Assembly: GCA_951406725.2 (NCBI GenBank)
Contig: OX597816.1
Span: 116,436,001 to 116,500,000, forward strand
Origin: Octopus vulgaris
Lineage: Eukaryota
Direction: 5' to 3'
Length of the DNA: 64,000 nucleotides
In this document: positions 1 to 13,116 of the stretch, piece after piece
How the letters are laid out: the number at the start of each line of letters is the position of its first letter
Numbering within the stretch: the stretch's first letter is position 1
Position numbers and translations under genes: made by a program
Notes under the pieces: model-generated
Told to the model about the DNA's origin: nothing
Databases searched by the model: none
Seen by the model: only the letters and a program-made list of their open reading frames with translations

Positions 1-593
1 AGATTGGTTGCTATTTCTACCAGTCATTCAAATCCCACAGGGCAAACGTCTTCTATTATAGGCTTCGGTCGAGCAATATCACGAATGTGAAATTTGGTAG
101 ACAGAAATTGAGCAATAGCCTGACATCACTTTATAAATACATATATAACGCGCAAGCGCGCGCGTGTGTATGTGTGTGTTGTGTATGTTGTGTGTAAGTG
201 TGTGTGTGTGTGTGTGTGTTGTGTGTATGTGTGTGTGTGTGTTGTGTGTATGTGTGTGTGTTGCGCGCGCGCGTGTTCGGTGTTTCTTATTGATAAAGTC
301 TAAAGAGCTAGAAACATCGATGTTGGGAAATCCGACAGAGGGTAGCACTGGGCAGATACGGTGTTTTCACACGTTTATTACCATAAGAGAGAATTTCTTT
401 CTCCACGGAATCTGCAGTGAATTTGCCTTTAGCCGTTGAAATATGTCACAAACATATTTTAACTAATCTAAAGTTCGCTTTTGCCTAAACACTGCTTGGC
501 GATGATATGACTATAATTATCACGACCTTGCGGCCTACTGGAGCAAATCAGTCAATGTTGTTGACTATATCTTAGTTAAAGCCACAGCTTTAA

Positions 594-803
594 TCGTTAG
601 CACACTGGGCGAAATGCTTTGCGGTATTTCGTCCGCCGCTGCGTTCTGAGTTCAAATTCCGCCGAGGTCGACTTTGCCTTTCATTCTTTTGGGGTCGATA
701 AATTAAGCACCAGTTACGCACTGGGGTCGATGTAATCGACTTAATACCTATGTCTGTCCTTGTTTGTCCCCTCTATGTTTAGCCCCTTGTGGGTAGTAAA
801 GAA
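594..803 (+). mobile_element. tRNA-derived SINE, family B, 5'-truncated, with ~10-bp target-site duplication
   Basis: B-box GAGTTCAAATTCC. Body GCCTTTCATTCTTTTGGGGTCGATAAATTAAG recurs in several other copies in the window. Flanked by ACAGCTTTAA (584-593) and ACAGCTGTAA (804-813). Confidence 0.85.
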
Positions 804-1037
804 ACAGCTGTAAGATATAGTGTATATTTATATTTATATCTATTTATATTTATTTATTTATATCCTCTTATAATGATTGTACTTATTGTATTGTATTACT
901 CATTCATGTACGCTGTTTTGTTATATATTTTTACGTTTAACCTTAATGTTCTTATGTAGTGGTTTAATAAAGTATGTGATTGGGTATTATCTGGTAGTTG
1001 ATTAATGATTTAGATGTATTTCTCCATTTTCTTATTT

Positions 1038-1080
<43 letters not shown>

Positions 1081-1174
1081 ATATGGAGTGAGAGATACAT
1101 ACATACATACATACATACATACATACATACATACATACATACATACATCCATCCATCCATCATACGTAACGCCA

Positions 1175-1560
1175 AAACAACTGGATTAATATTACCTCAA
1201 GATCTGAATGTGAAATGCTCAGCATGGCAAAAAACGACTACGCATGGGTATGTTTTCTGAAGACTTGAAGTGCAGCCTCTCTTTGACTGGTGACTGCTAC
1301 ATCATATCACACTTCGAAGGCTCCGCATTTGTAATCCATGATTACTTCAAAAGTGAGATTACTACAAAACAACTAGTAAACGAATCAGACAGTGAAACCC
1401 TTGGTGTCCCGAAATGCAACCAAAAACGTAGATTATGTCATATTTTTGAAGAAGACATCACACACGTGATTAACAACTGCCTAAAAATTTCATCAAGATA
1501 TTACCTCCCTATGCGACACGACGTTATCGCAAAAACAATATACAATGCCATTCAAAAACA
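1175..1560 (+). pseudogene. Decayed R4/Dong-like (RLE-type) non-LTR retrotransposon fragment, zinc knuckle and RHD region
   Basis: ORF 1244-1726 reads EGSAFVI...EITTKQL...RRLCHIFEEDITHVINNC...RHDVIAKTIY. This is a degenerate CCHC knuckle followed by the RHD/N motif that precedes the restriction-like endonuclease. Confidence 0.65.
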
Positions 1561-1793
1561 AACTGTCCTCTCTCTCCCTGTCTGTCTATCCCCCTCTCTT
1601 TATTTCTCTCCCTCTTTCTCTCTCTCTCTCTTTCTTCCTCCTTTTTCCAATGTTTTTCATTTCTCTGACATAGAACATTTAGTCTCAAACGTAACATATG
1701 CTTTAACCTTCCCCATTTCATCCTAAAACTAATACGTATCATCTTTGAATGTCCGTGATTCTCAAGCAATAGCGGCATTGAAGTAACTGTAAA

Positions 1794-2183
1794 TCTCTCT
1801 ATATATAAAGCTGAAGTTGTCTGTGTAAGGCAGGTTTGATAGCCTTCAACTAACACTATCTCCTCCGAGACCCTGCAGCGCAAGTTAACCAAAATTGAGA
1901 GTATGATAGAAGGCTTGCTCTTCCTTCCGTAGAAGAAAAAATTCAAATCGGACCATGTTAACACCAAAAATTATTTACATCAAAAAGGTGCTTTTTTTCT
2001 ATGAAAATCCCTATTTTTTACGATTTTTTTGACTGCTGTGTCGCTATTTTTCGGTGTATTTCAACCAGAAAAATATTCACTTAAAGAGAATAACAAGCTA
2101 CATAATGCGAAATTTTTACTTTTCAAAAATTCCAATTCTAAAGAGTCGAAACAAACCCGAGCAACGCCGGGGGATAATGCTAG
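1794..2183 (+). mobile_element. Non-autonomous Helitron (~390 bp)
   Basis: Starts TC after a host A. Ends with hairpin CCCGAGCAACGCCGGG, then CTAG before a host T. No TSD. Confidence 0.8.
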
Positions 2184-2487
2184 TTAAGTATAAAACTCAC
2201 CACCGAGGAATCTGGCTCCTCATTCAAAGGGAAAACTGGGAGTTCAAGTCACATATTAACCTCAAAAATATGGATAAACTTCCATTCAACTAGCCTGTAA
2301 GATGAAGATTTAAACCTCTTTTTATATGAAATTCAATCCAGTTTGTACATACGTTAATAATACAAACTTTTTCGAATTGTTTGGAGTATATAAATAGTAT
2401 ATATGCATTGGTGCATATGTGTATATATATGTATACAGAGATGTGCGTGCGTGTGAGTAAATACAAATGTATGTGTGTGTATGTGTG

Positions 2488-2732
2488 TATGTGAGGGGTG
2501 ATTAATGAGAGATGGAAGATGGAAGTCACGAGTGCCTTTACTAATCACTACAGTTGTTTCGATCCATCTAGCATCGTTCCCTCGCGGACGGGATACTGTA
2601 CAACTGGTTTAGGTGTTTCCCTCGATGAAGATATATCGTTAAGATAAACTAGATAGGTCGAAACAGTTGTAGTGATTAGTAAAGGCACTCGTGTCTTCCA
2701 TCTTCCATCTCTCATTATTCACCCCTCACATA
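2488..2732. repeat. Fold-back element: ~84-bp inverted arms and 77-bp spacer
   Basis: 2488-2571 is the near-perfect reverse complement of 2649-2732. Confidence 0.9.
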
Positions 2733-3040
2733 TCTTCCAGCTTCAGTCTTCCAGCTTCAGTCTCTCATTATTCAAATGCCCAAACAAACACTGAGCCAGA
2801 GAACGTGCTTTGGCTGCAAACTACCAGGTGTACCCCATACGATTTATTAACTAATAATATTTATATAATAATTACCGTCGCTTAAACATGGCTGTTCCGT
2901 AGCAACCGACGTTACTGCCGTTTTCAACCCCAGGAGGCCACCGCTTCCAGCTTCTTGCAGTCTGCCCCCGATAGTTATTGCAAGCAGGTGATTGAAGCCC
3001 TATAATCTTCCAGCCACGAGACCACTGGACCGTACGGTTT

Positions 3041-3102
<62 letters not shown>

Positions 3103-3106
<4 letters not shown>

Positions 3107-3265
3107 GAAATTTACAGAAAAACAAAAGACTAAGACAGGTATATGAACAACAAGCAGGTGCATTAGTTTGGCGCTCGGGAAAATAAGAAAGTCTTTTACG
3201 TTTCGAGCCTACGCTCTTCAACAGAAAGGAATATGAGGAAATAAACAGAGAGAACAGCAACTGCA
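3103..3265 (-). mobile_element. Short hammerhead-bearing repeat (family H1) embedded in (TA)n
   Basis: Minus strand 3228-3193 reads CUUU-CUGUUGA-A-GAGC(GUAG)GCUC-GAAAC-GUA-AAAG. Homologous to 9920-10120 and 30690-30878. Confidence 0.7.
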
Positions 3266-3269
3266 GTGG

Positions 3270-3329
<60 letters not shown>

Positions 3330-3335
<6 letters not shown>

Positions 3336-3600
3336 TGTATCAACCAGACTATCGGATGCTGTTATACGTCACTGGTCAAATTGTGCTTCCTCGCATTGTT
3401 GCAAGCTTTCGAATGATTTTTCCCCTATATCATTGGCTCGGCGCTGAACCGGGCAGAGTAGAACTGCTGAGGAGACTAGAACAATGTAAAATGAAGTAGA
3501 GCTTTGGTCAAGAATTCGTGCCGCCGGTCTTGGAACCGAAACCATGATCTTGAGATTGTAAGTGCAGTGAAACACTCTAATCACTAGGGACCACGCGTCT
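3330..3600 (-). mobile_element. Degenerate tRNA-derived SINE
   Basis: Minus-strand head GCGTGGTCCCTAGTGATTAGAGTG...GGTTTCGGTTCC resembles the head of 47348-47590. Confidence 0.5.
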
Positions 3601-3679
3601 TTACACACACATGCAAACACACGCGCGCACACATACACATACGCAGAAAGTCAGATGCGTGTAAAAATATATATATATT

Positions 3680-3684
3680 TCATT

Positions 3685-3756
<72 letters not shown>

Positions 3757-3827
3757 AGAAAAGGAGACAGACTGACAGATGGTGTAAATAATATATATAT
3801 ATATATATATATATATCCCATTTTCTG

Positions 3828-3888
<61 letters not shown>

Positions 3889-3917
3889 AGAAAAGGAGAC
3901 AGACTGACAGATGCGTG

Positions 3918-3960
<43 letters not shown>

Positions 3961-3963
3961 ATT

Positions 3964-4030
<67 letters not shown>
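3680..4030. repeat. Composite tandem repeat of (TA)n plus unique spacers (~2.5 units)
   Basis: CATTTTCTG occurs three times and AAGAGAAAAGGAGACAGACTGACAGATG twice, separated by (TA)n. Confidence 0.85.
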
Positions 4031-4034
<4 letters not shown>

Positions 4035-4106
4035 CATTTACATCCATACACACACTCACACATAAATACATACATACATACATAAATACATACATACATA
4101 CATACA

Positions 4107-4137
<31 letters not shown>

Positions 4138-5267
4138 TGGTGCAAGAGAGAGAGAGATAGAAGATAGAAATTGCTTTGCACTACTGGTGTCATGTCTTAT
4201 CGCGTTATTCATTGTACACAATAATTAAAACATAATACAATAAACAACATTGAATAGGAGGAAAGGACATAAGAGAAATGTAGTAAGTTAAAGTAATGTG
4301 TTAATATTATTTGTCTGTGTACATATGTATACATATACGTAGGTGTCCGTGTGTGTGTGTGTGTGTGTGTGTGCACGAAAGCATAAGTCTATTGTCTATA
4401 AATCTTTTGTTTGTGTTTTCAACTATATGGCATTGTGTTTTTTTAATAATACCCTTTAGTCTGATGAATAATCACATCATTAGCAATGTTTGTCGTTGCA
4501 ATGTTTACATTATGTTATCTTACAAGACACACAGACATATCTTTCATTTATATCCAAAATGAAATAAAAGAAATCAAGCCAAATCCAAAGTAGTGGACAG
4601 ATAGTTAAAATTGTTGTTTAGAGCTACAGAGCCGTTCTCATTGAGCAAACACCTATGATCAAACGGATTCCAGCCATGACCAACCAGTCTTTTGTCAGCT
4701 GCTGTCCAGAAATAGAAAGTGAGTCACCTGGGGCAACCCTTGTGTTTGTCACCCCTCTCCACTGCTCTGCCCTTGATACAATTTTATACAATACAGCAAA
4801 CCCAAAAGCGGTGCCCCCAGAAAAGCGTCGAGCCCCTAGCTATGGCACTGCATTCATAACTATGTTATCCAATGTGTCACTCATTTCTGATTAAAGGGAA
4901 TATGGCCATATTCGTAGTGAGTTGTGTGACCGCGTACAGACTACACCCCACCCAGCAGAGCTATATTTAGACTTTATGAAGCCGGAAACTATATGAAACT
5001 TAAAGGTCCTTGTTAAGCAATATTATATCATAAGATATCAAAAAAAAAAAAAAAGACTTAAGATATATGCCTTTCTAACTATCAGGCGGACTTTGCATAC
5101 TGTACGGCCCTGAAATGTAGCTTCTTCAAAATCCTTTTTGTTGACTTTGTCGAGTAGTAGTTTCTTTTTGTCGTTTTGTTCAACCCTGTTACTTGATTCT
5201 TGGGTGGCTTCAGGCATAAAATGCTATAAGTATTTCTCCAAGCTAAGTCTCCCATCTAAGTGTAACC

Positions 5268-5502
5268 TATTTCATTATTACCCACAAGGGGCTAAACACA
5301 GAGGGAACAAACAAGGACGGACATAGGTATTAAGTCGATTACATCGACCCCAGTGCGTAACTGCTACTTAATTTATTGACCCCGAAAGGATGAAAGGCAA
5401 AGTCGACCTCGGCGGAATTTGAACTCAGAACGTAACGCAGACGAAATACCGCTAAGCATTTCGCCCGGCGTGCTAACGTTTCTGCCAGCACACCGCCTTC
5501 AG
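5268..5502 (-). mobile_element. Full-length family B SINE with 13-bp TSD
   Basis: Reverse-complement homolog of 594-803 including the head. Exact direct repeat TCTAAGTGTAACC at 5255-5267 and 5503-5515. Confidence 0.9.
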
Positions 5503-6259
5503 TCTAAGTGTAACCACCTCCTGCTAACCTTAAGGGACCAGGGTAAATGTCTTGAGCACAGCCCTTTCACCGCTTACTGGTTCGATACCTCCTTCTCATG
5601 CCCTTAACTGTCTCGGAGGTTCTCAAAAGGGTTATAGGTCCTGTCCTTCTTCCTCTGACTAATCAGTTTGAAAAAATATTATCATTATCATCATCAGCAC
5701 GAATATCATCATCCTCGATCTTCATCATCATAGCTATTTTCTATATTTCCATCGTTATCATCACTTTCGCGATAATCACTCCCACAACCACTGATGAGTC
5801 AGTGAAGAATCGTTCCGTGGTCAATCACAAACGCTGCTAGAAATAGCAGCCAAATGCCCTTGCATCAATATCGTCTTTAAAAAAAGGAAGAACAAATTGG
5901 ACGATGCCGTCCTCGATATACAGACTTACAATACGGTCGCGGCTGGAACGCTTTTCACTATATTTGCTCAGTCAAGTACAACTCAGGGCTAAGCAACATC
6001 AACATTATCATCACCACCACTATTACCACCTCCGCCCTTTCTCCTCTTCTTCTCCATCATCATCAGCGTCATCATCATCATCAGCAGCAGCAGCAGCATC
6101 TTAAACATCTATGAAAATGTACTGAATCAAATGCACAAACATGCAAAATATACAGGATTAGATGAAGCTTGTTTTTTTCTTTCTTTTTACTTTATGCTCA
6201 GTCCAAAACCAGTAGATTGCTGCATTCATTTTACCGCCATTAAAAATCTGTCGCCAAGC

Positions 6260-6320
<61 letters not shown>

Positions 6321-6854
6321 GTGATAATAATAATAATAATAATAAATCAAAGACGAGAGCAAACTTTAATAAACTCCTTGAAAAAATCAGGCAAAATAAT
6401 ATACAACATAACAAATAGAAATACAAAAATAACAAAAATTCTTCCTTTCCTAGTGCTCAACCAAAAAGGATAGAAAAATGAAAACTGTAAAAGAGAAAGT
6501 GGACATAGTGGAGCCGAGACTAAAATTTATTAAAAGCTAAATAATTCCAGAAAAATCCCAAATAAAGTCACTGAAAAGTAATCGAAGGAGCGTTGTCGAA
6601 CAATTTTCACTGCCATTACTGTATTTAATGGATGCAAGGAATGAGAAAGAAAGAATAATTTGAAAGAATAAAAGAAAGGAATATTAAAGTAAAACACAAG
6701 ACAGAAACGCACAACTATGTAAATGAATACATGTGCATTGCATGTGTATGTATGAATGCATGTGTACGTGTAGATGTATACAAACATACACACACATATA
6801 TATACACACATTTTTACACACACACACATACGTATATACACATATATATGTGGC

Positions 6855-6906
<52 letters not shown>

Positions 6907-6957
6907 TATTTATACTTATATACATATATATACATATATGTATGCATGTAAGTACGC

Positions 6958-7375
6958 TCAGGCGTGGCTGTTGGGTAAGAAGATCGTTTCCGATAGATAT
7001 GGTTTCGGGTTCAGCTCCTCAGCGCAGCAACCTAGGGGTTCTCTAAAACTGGTTCTCAACCGAGTTCTACATGGCCCTTGGGGGCCCGTATAAGATTTTG
7101 TTGTTAAAATTTATCTGCAATAAATTGGTTATATTTCAACAATACAAAAATTATTTTAACCTGTTTTTTATACAACTGCTATTACCTTAAAAATATATAA
7201 GAGGATTTTTTATTTTAAACAACGAATGGTTCTGGGGGTCCACCTAAGTAAAACAGTATGGGGGAATCCATAAGTAAAAACAAAAATGGTTGAGAACTCC
7301 TGCACTAAAGCCTCGGGTTAACCAAAGTTTTTGGAATTAGTATGGTTGACAAAAACTGAAACATATACGTCGTAT
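6958..7375 (+). mobile_element. Old family A SINE interrupted by a MITE
   Basis: Head GGCGTGGCTGTTGGGTAAG...GGGTTCAG at 6961-7040 resumes at ~7303 (AGCCTCGGG...CCAAAG...AAACTGAAA). Confidence 0.6.
7049..7302. mobile_element. hAT-like MITE
   Basis: Terminal GGTTCTCAACC / GGTTGAGAAC inverted repeats. Degenerate 8-bp flanks CTCTAAAA / CACTAAAG. Confidence 0.65.
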
Positions 7376-7699
7376 ATAAATTTGAATATGTGTATGTGAC
7401 TGTGTGTGCATGTACGTTATGATCTCCATGCCTTAACATTACCTGATAGTTTAAGCGAATGTCAAAGTCATACAAGCGGTCACCTTTGTTTCCAACCTTC
7501 CTTTACACGAGCACATATCGGGTCATGGAATGATATTATCTTACTTGGAAAAAAGCGTAACTACTTTGGGAGGTTAAGCTGAGTGCGATCGTAATATGTA
7601 GTCACAGTACAACACATTGCACATGGTCAGGCAACATCACGATTCCTACTAGGTGAATAAGGTGGTTTGGAGGCAAAAGGCGGAGGTGTGTATATATGA

Positions 7700-8012
7700 A
7701 GGCACATGGCTCAGTGGTTAGAGCGTGAGGTTGTGAGTTCGAATCCCGGATCGGGCTGCATGTTGTGTTCCTGAGAAGACACTTTTTTCACGCTGCTCCA
7801 GTTCACTCAGCTGTAGAAAGGATTTGCGACGTCACTGTGCCAAGCTGTATTGGCCCTTGCCTTTTCCTTGGATAACACTGGTGGCGTGGAGATGGGAGGC
7901 CGGTATGCATGGGTGACTGCTGGTCTTCTATAAACAAACTTTCCCGGACCTGTGCCTCGGAGGGTAACTTTCTAGGTGCAATCCCATGGTCAATCATGAC
8001 CGAAGGGGGTCT
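7700..8012 (+). mobile_element. tRNA-derived SINE, family C
   Basis: A-box TGGCTCAGTGG and B-box GAGTTCGAATCC. TGCTCCAGTTCACTCAGCTG domain is shared with 47348-47590. Confidence 0.75.
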
Positions 8013-8025
8013 CAGCATATGTATA

Positions 8026-8445
8026 CAGGGTGTCCATAAAGTTTTTTTTTTAATTTAAAATATATATTACAAAGGCAATTGATAAGTTATCTTAATCAGA
8101 CTTGTTCTATTGTACTCAGTGGTTTTCGAAGTTTTTTAATCACGTTACATTTTTGTATTTCATGCATCCTGCAGATTAAAGAGGCATCTTTTTTTAAATG
8201 AACCCCTAAGAAATGGCTACTCTTCAAGAGAAGGCACAATATGTATCATGGTTTATTGAGACAAAATCGGATACGCAGACCCAACAAAACTACCAAGCAA
8301 AGTATGGCACAAGAAATTTATGGAGACAGGGATAGTGTTAGATAGAAAGAGGAGTGGACGATCAAGAACATCTGAGGAAAACATTGATCGTGTAAGAGAA
8401 CCCTTTTCTGGTTTTCCCAGAAAAATCCATCGTACTGCTGCCAGT
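8026..8445 (+). mobile_element. Tc1/mariner-superfamily transposon, 5' fragment with decayed transposase N-terminus
   Basis: TA-CAGGGTGTCC terminus. ATG at 8213 gives MATLQEKAQYVSWFIETKS; then FMETG.VLDRKRSGR.RTSEENIDRVRE, an HTH/GRPR-like region. Confidence 0.65.
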
Positions 8446-8796
8446 ATTAGAGGTATAACCAGTTGCAGATTACTTTTAGCAACAAAACCTTATATAGACA
8501 CCCAAGGGTCATAAAAACCCCGTTTGGGTACCACTGCTCTAATTACTGCCCTATCAGAGAATTGTTCCATTTAACCTGGAATTGCATCTAGTCTTTGTTT
8601 CTCTTCGTCTCAGCCTGTTTCACTTTGTCTCGTTTCCTTAACTTACAACGTAATACTGAAACTCTTTCTTCCCACCTCTTAGTATGTTAACTTCAGGACA
8701 CATCCTCATTCACACCTCATTAGTATTGTTATATAACCTTCGTTACTCATATCTCAAATAGATTTAGGAACATGATCGGGATGTACCATTATCTCA

Positions 8797-9061
8797 TCCC
8801 CTTACCGGTTGGAATATAGTTTGATCCAATATAACCAATAATTTAACATTTCGTGAACTAACAATCTTTGCTTTCCATCATTATTCTTCCTCATTTCAAT
8901 TCTCAGTTTTCTTTCAATTTTTCGATTAAAGTAATTAAATAAATAATTCTATCCCTTCTGAATCACGGGTTTTACTAGCCAGCTAACTTACTAATTAGAC
9001 CATTGTTCGTTCACTATTTTAACACGTTACCATATCATTTAATCAATTCACTCATTCCAAC
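8797..9061. repeat. Left arm of ~260-bp inverted repeat (partner 11334-11590)
   Basis: Long, high-identity reverse-complement match, e.g. CCCTTACCGGTTGGAATATAGTTTGA vs TCAAACTATATTCCAACCGGTAAGGG. Confidence 0.9.
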
Positions 9062-9640
9062 GAAATGTGCGTAGTTTGGGTGTTTATTCTTTTATTGGTT
9101 CCTCTCTTTCACTTCCTTTTCACTGACCACCTTATTTCTCAAACATTGGCATATGGGGTCGAATGTCACTGCTTCCCCATTGATTAGTCTGTCTCTATGC
9201 TGTGTCAAGCTATTTTATCTAGCTTCACTGAAGAAGTTAACCTATAGATTGCTCGCTTATAATATCTTTCATCACCGACACACTGTCTCATGACAGATCT
9301 GAGAATTTTATTACCGCGTAACTGTTTAGCATTTTTATTAATTTAGTTATTGATATTACCGAGACCTTATTGATACTCGTCACTGCGTGCATTGGATTTT
9401 TATTACCATCTAATATATATATTGTTATTGGCTTTTGTACAATAACTTCCGTCAATATCATTATTATTATTTTATTATTATTATTATTATTATCATTATT
9501 ATTATTATGGTTATTATTAGTGTTCCTGTTGTAATTTTTCTGTTTTAATTTTCTGTTTTCATTGTCCCGTTCGTCTCTGCATAAGCAGCACTAATCAACT
9601 TTTCTCGCACACTATGAATAGTAGTACATACCATGGTACT

Positions 9641-9780
9641 AGTCTGATGATGTGCCATTCTGCCATATTCAACCATTTCTAGATTTATATACATATCATA
9701 TATTTTGTCAGGCATCATAATTTTTATGTTTTATAGTTCGAAATGGTTGGAAAGGGTATGATACTGAAACAATTGTAACT
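9641..9780 (+). ncRNA. Hammerhead-like motif with extended stem II
   Basis: CUGAUGA at 9644-9650 and GAAAC-AAUU-GUA at 9766-9777. The insert contains CAACCAUUUC/GAAAUGGUUG complementarity. Stem I is only AGU/ACU. Confidence 0.45.
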
Positions 9781-9919
9781 CATAAGTGAGCATTTTTTTA
9801 AAGTCTAGTACTTATCCAAGAGATCTTTTTGAGGTAAAGGAACCAAAACTGGTTTTCAAGCGGGGGAAAAAAACAAATACAAACATACATGTACATACAT
9901 ATGTATGTATATATAAGTT

Positions 9920-10120
9920 GATTCGCTAGCTTCTGCACGCATTTTTTTCTCTCCTTGTTTCTCTCCGTGTTTCTTTTCTGTGTATCTTTCTGTTGAAGAG
10001 CGTAGGCTCGAAACGTAAAAGACTTGTTTTATTTATATTCCTGAGCGCCATACTAATACAATTTTTTGTTTGTACTCCACCTGCCTTCGTCTTTTGTTTA
10101 TTTTCATAAAGCTTCTCGTT
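9920..10120 (+). mobile_element. Family H1 hammerhead-bearing repeat
   Basis: UCUUU-CUGUUGA-A-GAGC(GUAG)GCUC-GAAAC-GUA-AAAGA at ~9985-10022. Flanked by TA-rich microsatellite. Confidence 0.7.
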
Positions 10121-10137
10121 ATATATAAGTTATACTC

Positions 10138-10920
10138 CCACGCACGTACACACACACGCACACACACACATTTACATATATATACAATACACGCACACAC
10201 ACACATACACACGTACAAACACACAAATTCACATACACACCGACACATATACATACACACAATATATACCTACACGCGCACGCACACATACACATACGTA
10301 CACACATATAAGCACAGACACACACATACATACGCACACAAAAAACATGCGCACACATACTCACGCACACACGCAAAAACTCACAACCCCACGGATACAC
10401 GCATATACATCCATATACGCTTACACACACACACATACAAACGCACACATACACGCACACACAACTACACGCACATACATACACACACACACAAATGAAC
10501 CCACACATACATCCCATACACACGGCACACAACCATACATACACGCACACAATTATACATACATATATATACACACACACGTACGTACAAGCACACACGC
10601 ACACATACACTAAGTTAAGCACAGTTACTCGCCACACACCCAAACTCTACGCATACACACACTAACACACACATACACACTACAAACAAAACACACACGA
10701 TACTTATACATACACGCACACACACATACCTCTTTGTTTTTGACCGATGATTGGACCCAAAACACCACTCCTTAATTCTTACATACTGACCTGCTACTAG
10801 CCACCCCATACACACATACACACAACACGCACACACATACACACAAACACATGTCATCACTGCACACATACACACACACGAGCACACGCTGACCTCCCCG
10901 CACGCACACACCCACACACA
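10138..10920. repeat. Degenerate (CA)n-rich tract
   Basis: ~780 bp of CA/CACG/CATA low-complexity sequence. Confidence 0.9.
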
Positions 10921-11029
10921 TTCCCCCTCTCACTTTCTTTACCATACTGTATTTGATAAACTCTCCTGTCTTTAAAAAACATTATTATTCTTCTACCTTA
11001 CTACTTCCGTCTTTCAGTATGTGACCTCG

Positions 11030-11191
11030 TGAGTACCACCGGCGATTTTTTTTCCTCTGTCTTCCCTTCTCGGGATCTTTCCTTCTCCTATGTTTCCGAC
11101 GAAGAGTTCCGCTTCTTTCCTGAGCGTCCAATAATACTTTATTTGTTCCACGTCCTTGCGTTGTTGTGTTTTTTTGTTTTCTTGTTTGGAT

Positions 11192-11195
<4 letters not shown>
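11030..11195 (+). mobile_element. Family H2 repeat with internally deleted hammerhead
   Basis: GGCGATTTTT...TTTCCGACGAAGAG...CCTGAGCGTC is homologous to 15475-15585. The GAAAC half is missing. Confidence 0.55.
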
Positions 11196-11230
<35 letters not shown>

Positions 11231-11291
11231 GTATATATGTATATATATGTTATATATATATAAGGTATATATATAAGTTATATATATATAA

Positions 11292-11333
<42 letters not shown>

Positions 11334-11334
<1 letters not shown>

Positions 11335-11590
11335 TTAGAATGAGTGAATTGATTAAATGATATGGTAACGTGTTAAAATAGTGAATGAACAATTAGTAAG
11401 TTAGCTAGTTAGTAAAACCCGTGATTCAGATGGGATAGAGTTATTTATTTAATTACTTTAATCGAAAAATTTAAAGAAAACAGAGAATTGAAATGAGGAA
11501 GAATAATGATGGGAAGCAAAAATTGTTAGTTCACGAAATGTTAGATTATTGGTTGTATTAGTTCAAACTATATTCCAACCGGTAAGGGGA
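11334..11590. repeat. Right arm of ~260-bp inverted repeat (partner 8797-9061)
   Basis: Reverse complement of 8797-9061. Confidence 0.9.
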
Positions 11591-12369
11591 AGAGAATACA
11601 CAATATATTTTAACAATTCGTTTAATAAAATTTCTTATGCTATTTAATTATAGAGATATAATACTTTATTCTTTTTAACATGGGAGTCCGATAGAGTAAA
11701 ATAGGAATCAAATGAGTCTACAGGCAGAGAACTATAGAATTAAAACATTTTCTGACAGTCGAAGAGAGCCGGTATTTATTAGGCATATTATACGAAAGTG
11801 TATATAACATTCGGTTCAGGAAAATAAAATAAGTAGGCTAAATTCAGGGGATACGGGTGAGTGATAAGAAAATATGGGGGAATAAATGGAATCTGGGATT
11901 TAGATTACGTCTATAAAACATCTGAAAGGTTGAAATCGGTGCTCTTGGCACTTCCGGTGAACCAAAAAACCAAAAGTGAAAACACAATCATGTAACCGAT
12001 TTCTGGTTACGTCATGTAAGGCACTCGAGAAAAAGGACAATCGTGTGAATCATTAGTGGTTAAGTCACCAATAGATCTCAGATGAAACCTTACATTTAAA
12101 TGTTAAGATTAAAAAGAAAAAGTAGAAAGTATAGGTTAAAAAGAAAGATTAGAAAGTAGAGATTAAAAATTTATAATTGAAATGATTGAGAACTGGAAGC
12201 TAAATTATAATGCGACGTAGAAAGAAAAAAAGAGTGATAAATAGAAGAAAAAATAAGGAAAAATAATTATAAGAGATAAAATAATGGAAAATTTTAGGAT
12301 GAAAAATTGAGGATGAAAAGAAAAAATCAGAAATTAAAAACTTAAAAATCTTTCAAGGCCAAAACATTG

Positions 12370-12560
12370 GCTTCAAACTTTGGTACAAGCCAAAAATATT
12401 GGGGGAGAGGATCAGTCGATTACATCAACCTCAGTGCTCAACAGGCAATTATCTTATTGAACCTGAAAAGTTGAAAGGCAAGTCGATCGCAACTAAATTT
12501 GAACTCAAAACGTAAAGACGGACGAAACGCCGCTAAGCATTTTGCCTTTTGTCACCTCGT
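12370..12560 (-). mobile_element. Diverged family B SINE
   Basis: AATTTGAACTCAAAACGTAAAGACGGACGAAACGCCGCTAAGCATTTTGCC matches family B. Confidence 0.75.
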
Positions 12561-13028
12561 CACCTTTCTGAGGGCCATAATATTAAAAAGTCAAAAAGAA
12601 AAATTAGATAAATAAAAAATAGAATTGCAATCTCCAACAATATTGGGGAATAAAAGTTCGAGTAGTATCAAGAACACCTCTTAAAATTGAAATATTAATT
12701 TCTTTTACAAACTCTGAAATCCAAATTTTATTATAAAAATCTAAAATCACCGATTTGTGAAGGGTTCGTAATAAACATGTCAAAAGAAATATCTGTGGGT
12801 TGGCAAGATTACAGTTATTTTAAGTACCTGGTAATGCAATAATTATAAATGCAAGGGTAATAAATGCGCACGGAAACAGTATGGTTTATAATTATATAAA
12901 GTACAACGAAACACAATTGCAAAATACAATGCAATATAAGAATAAAGCAATACAACCATATGAAATATAAGTAATGTAGAATAGGGTAGAAGGATATGAA
13001 ATATAAGTATATAAAAATATATTAGAAA

Positions 13029-13112
<84 letters not shown>

Positions 13113-13116
<4 letters not shown>

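Noticed and set aside
5791-5812. Isolated CTGATGA (also at 24409, 36273 and 46291)
   Set aside because: No convincing stem II plus GAAA partner; expected by chance.
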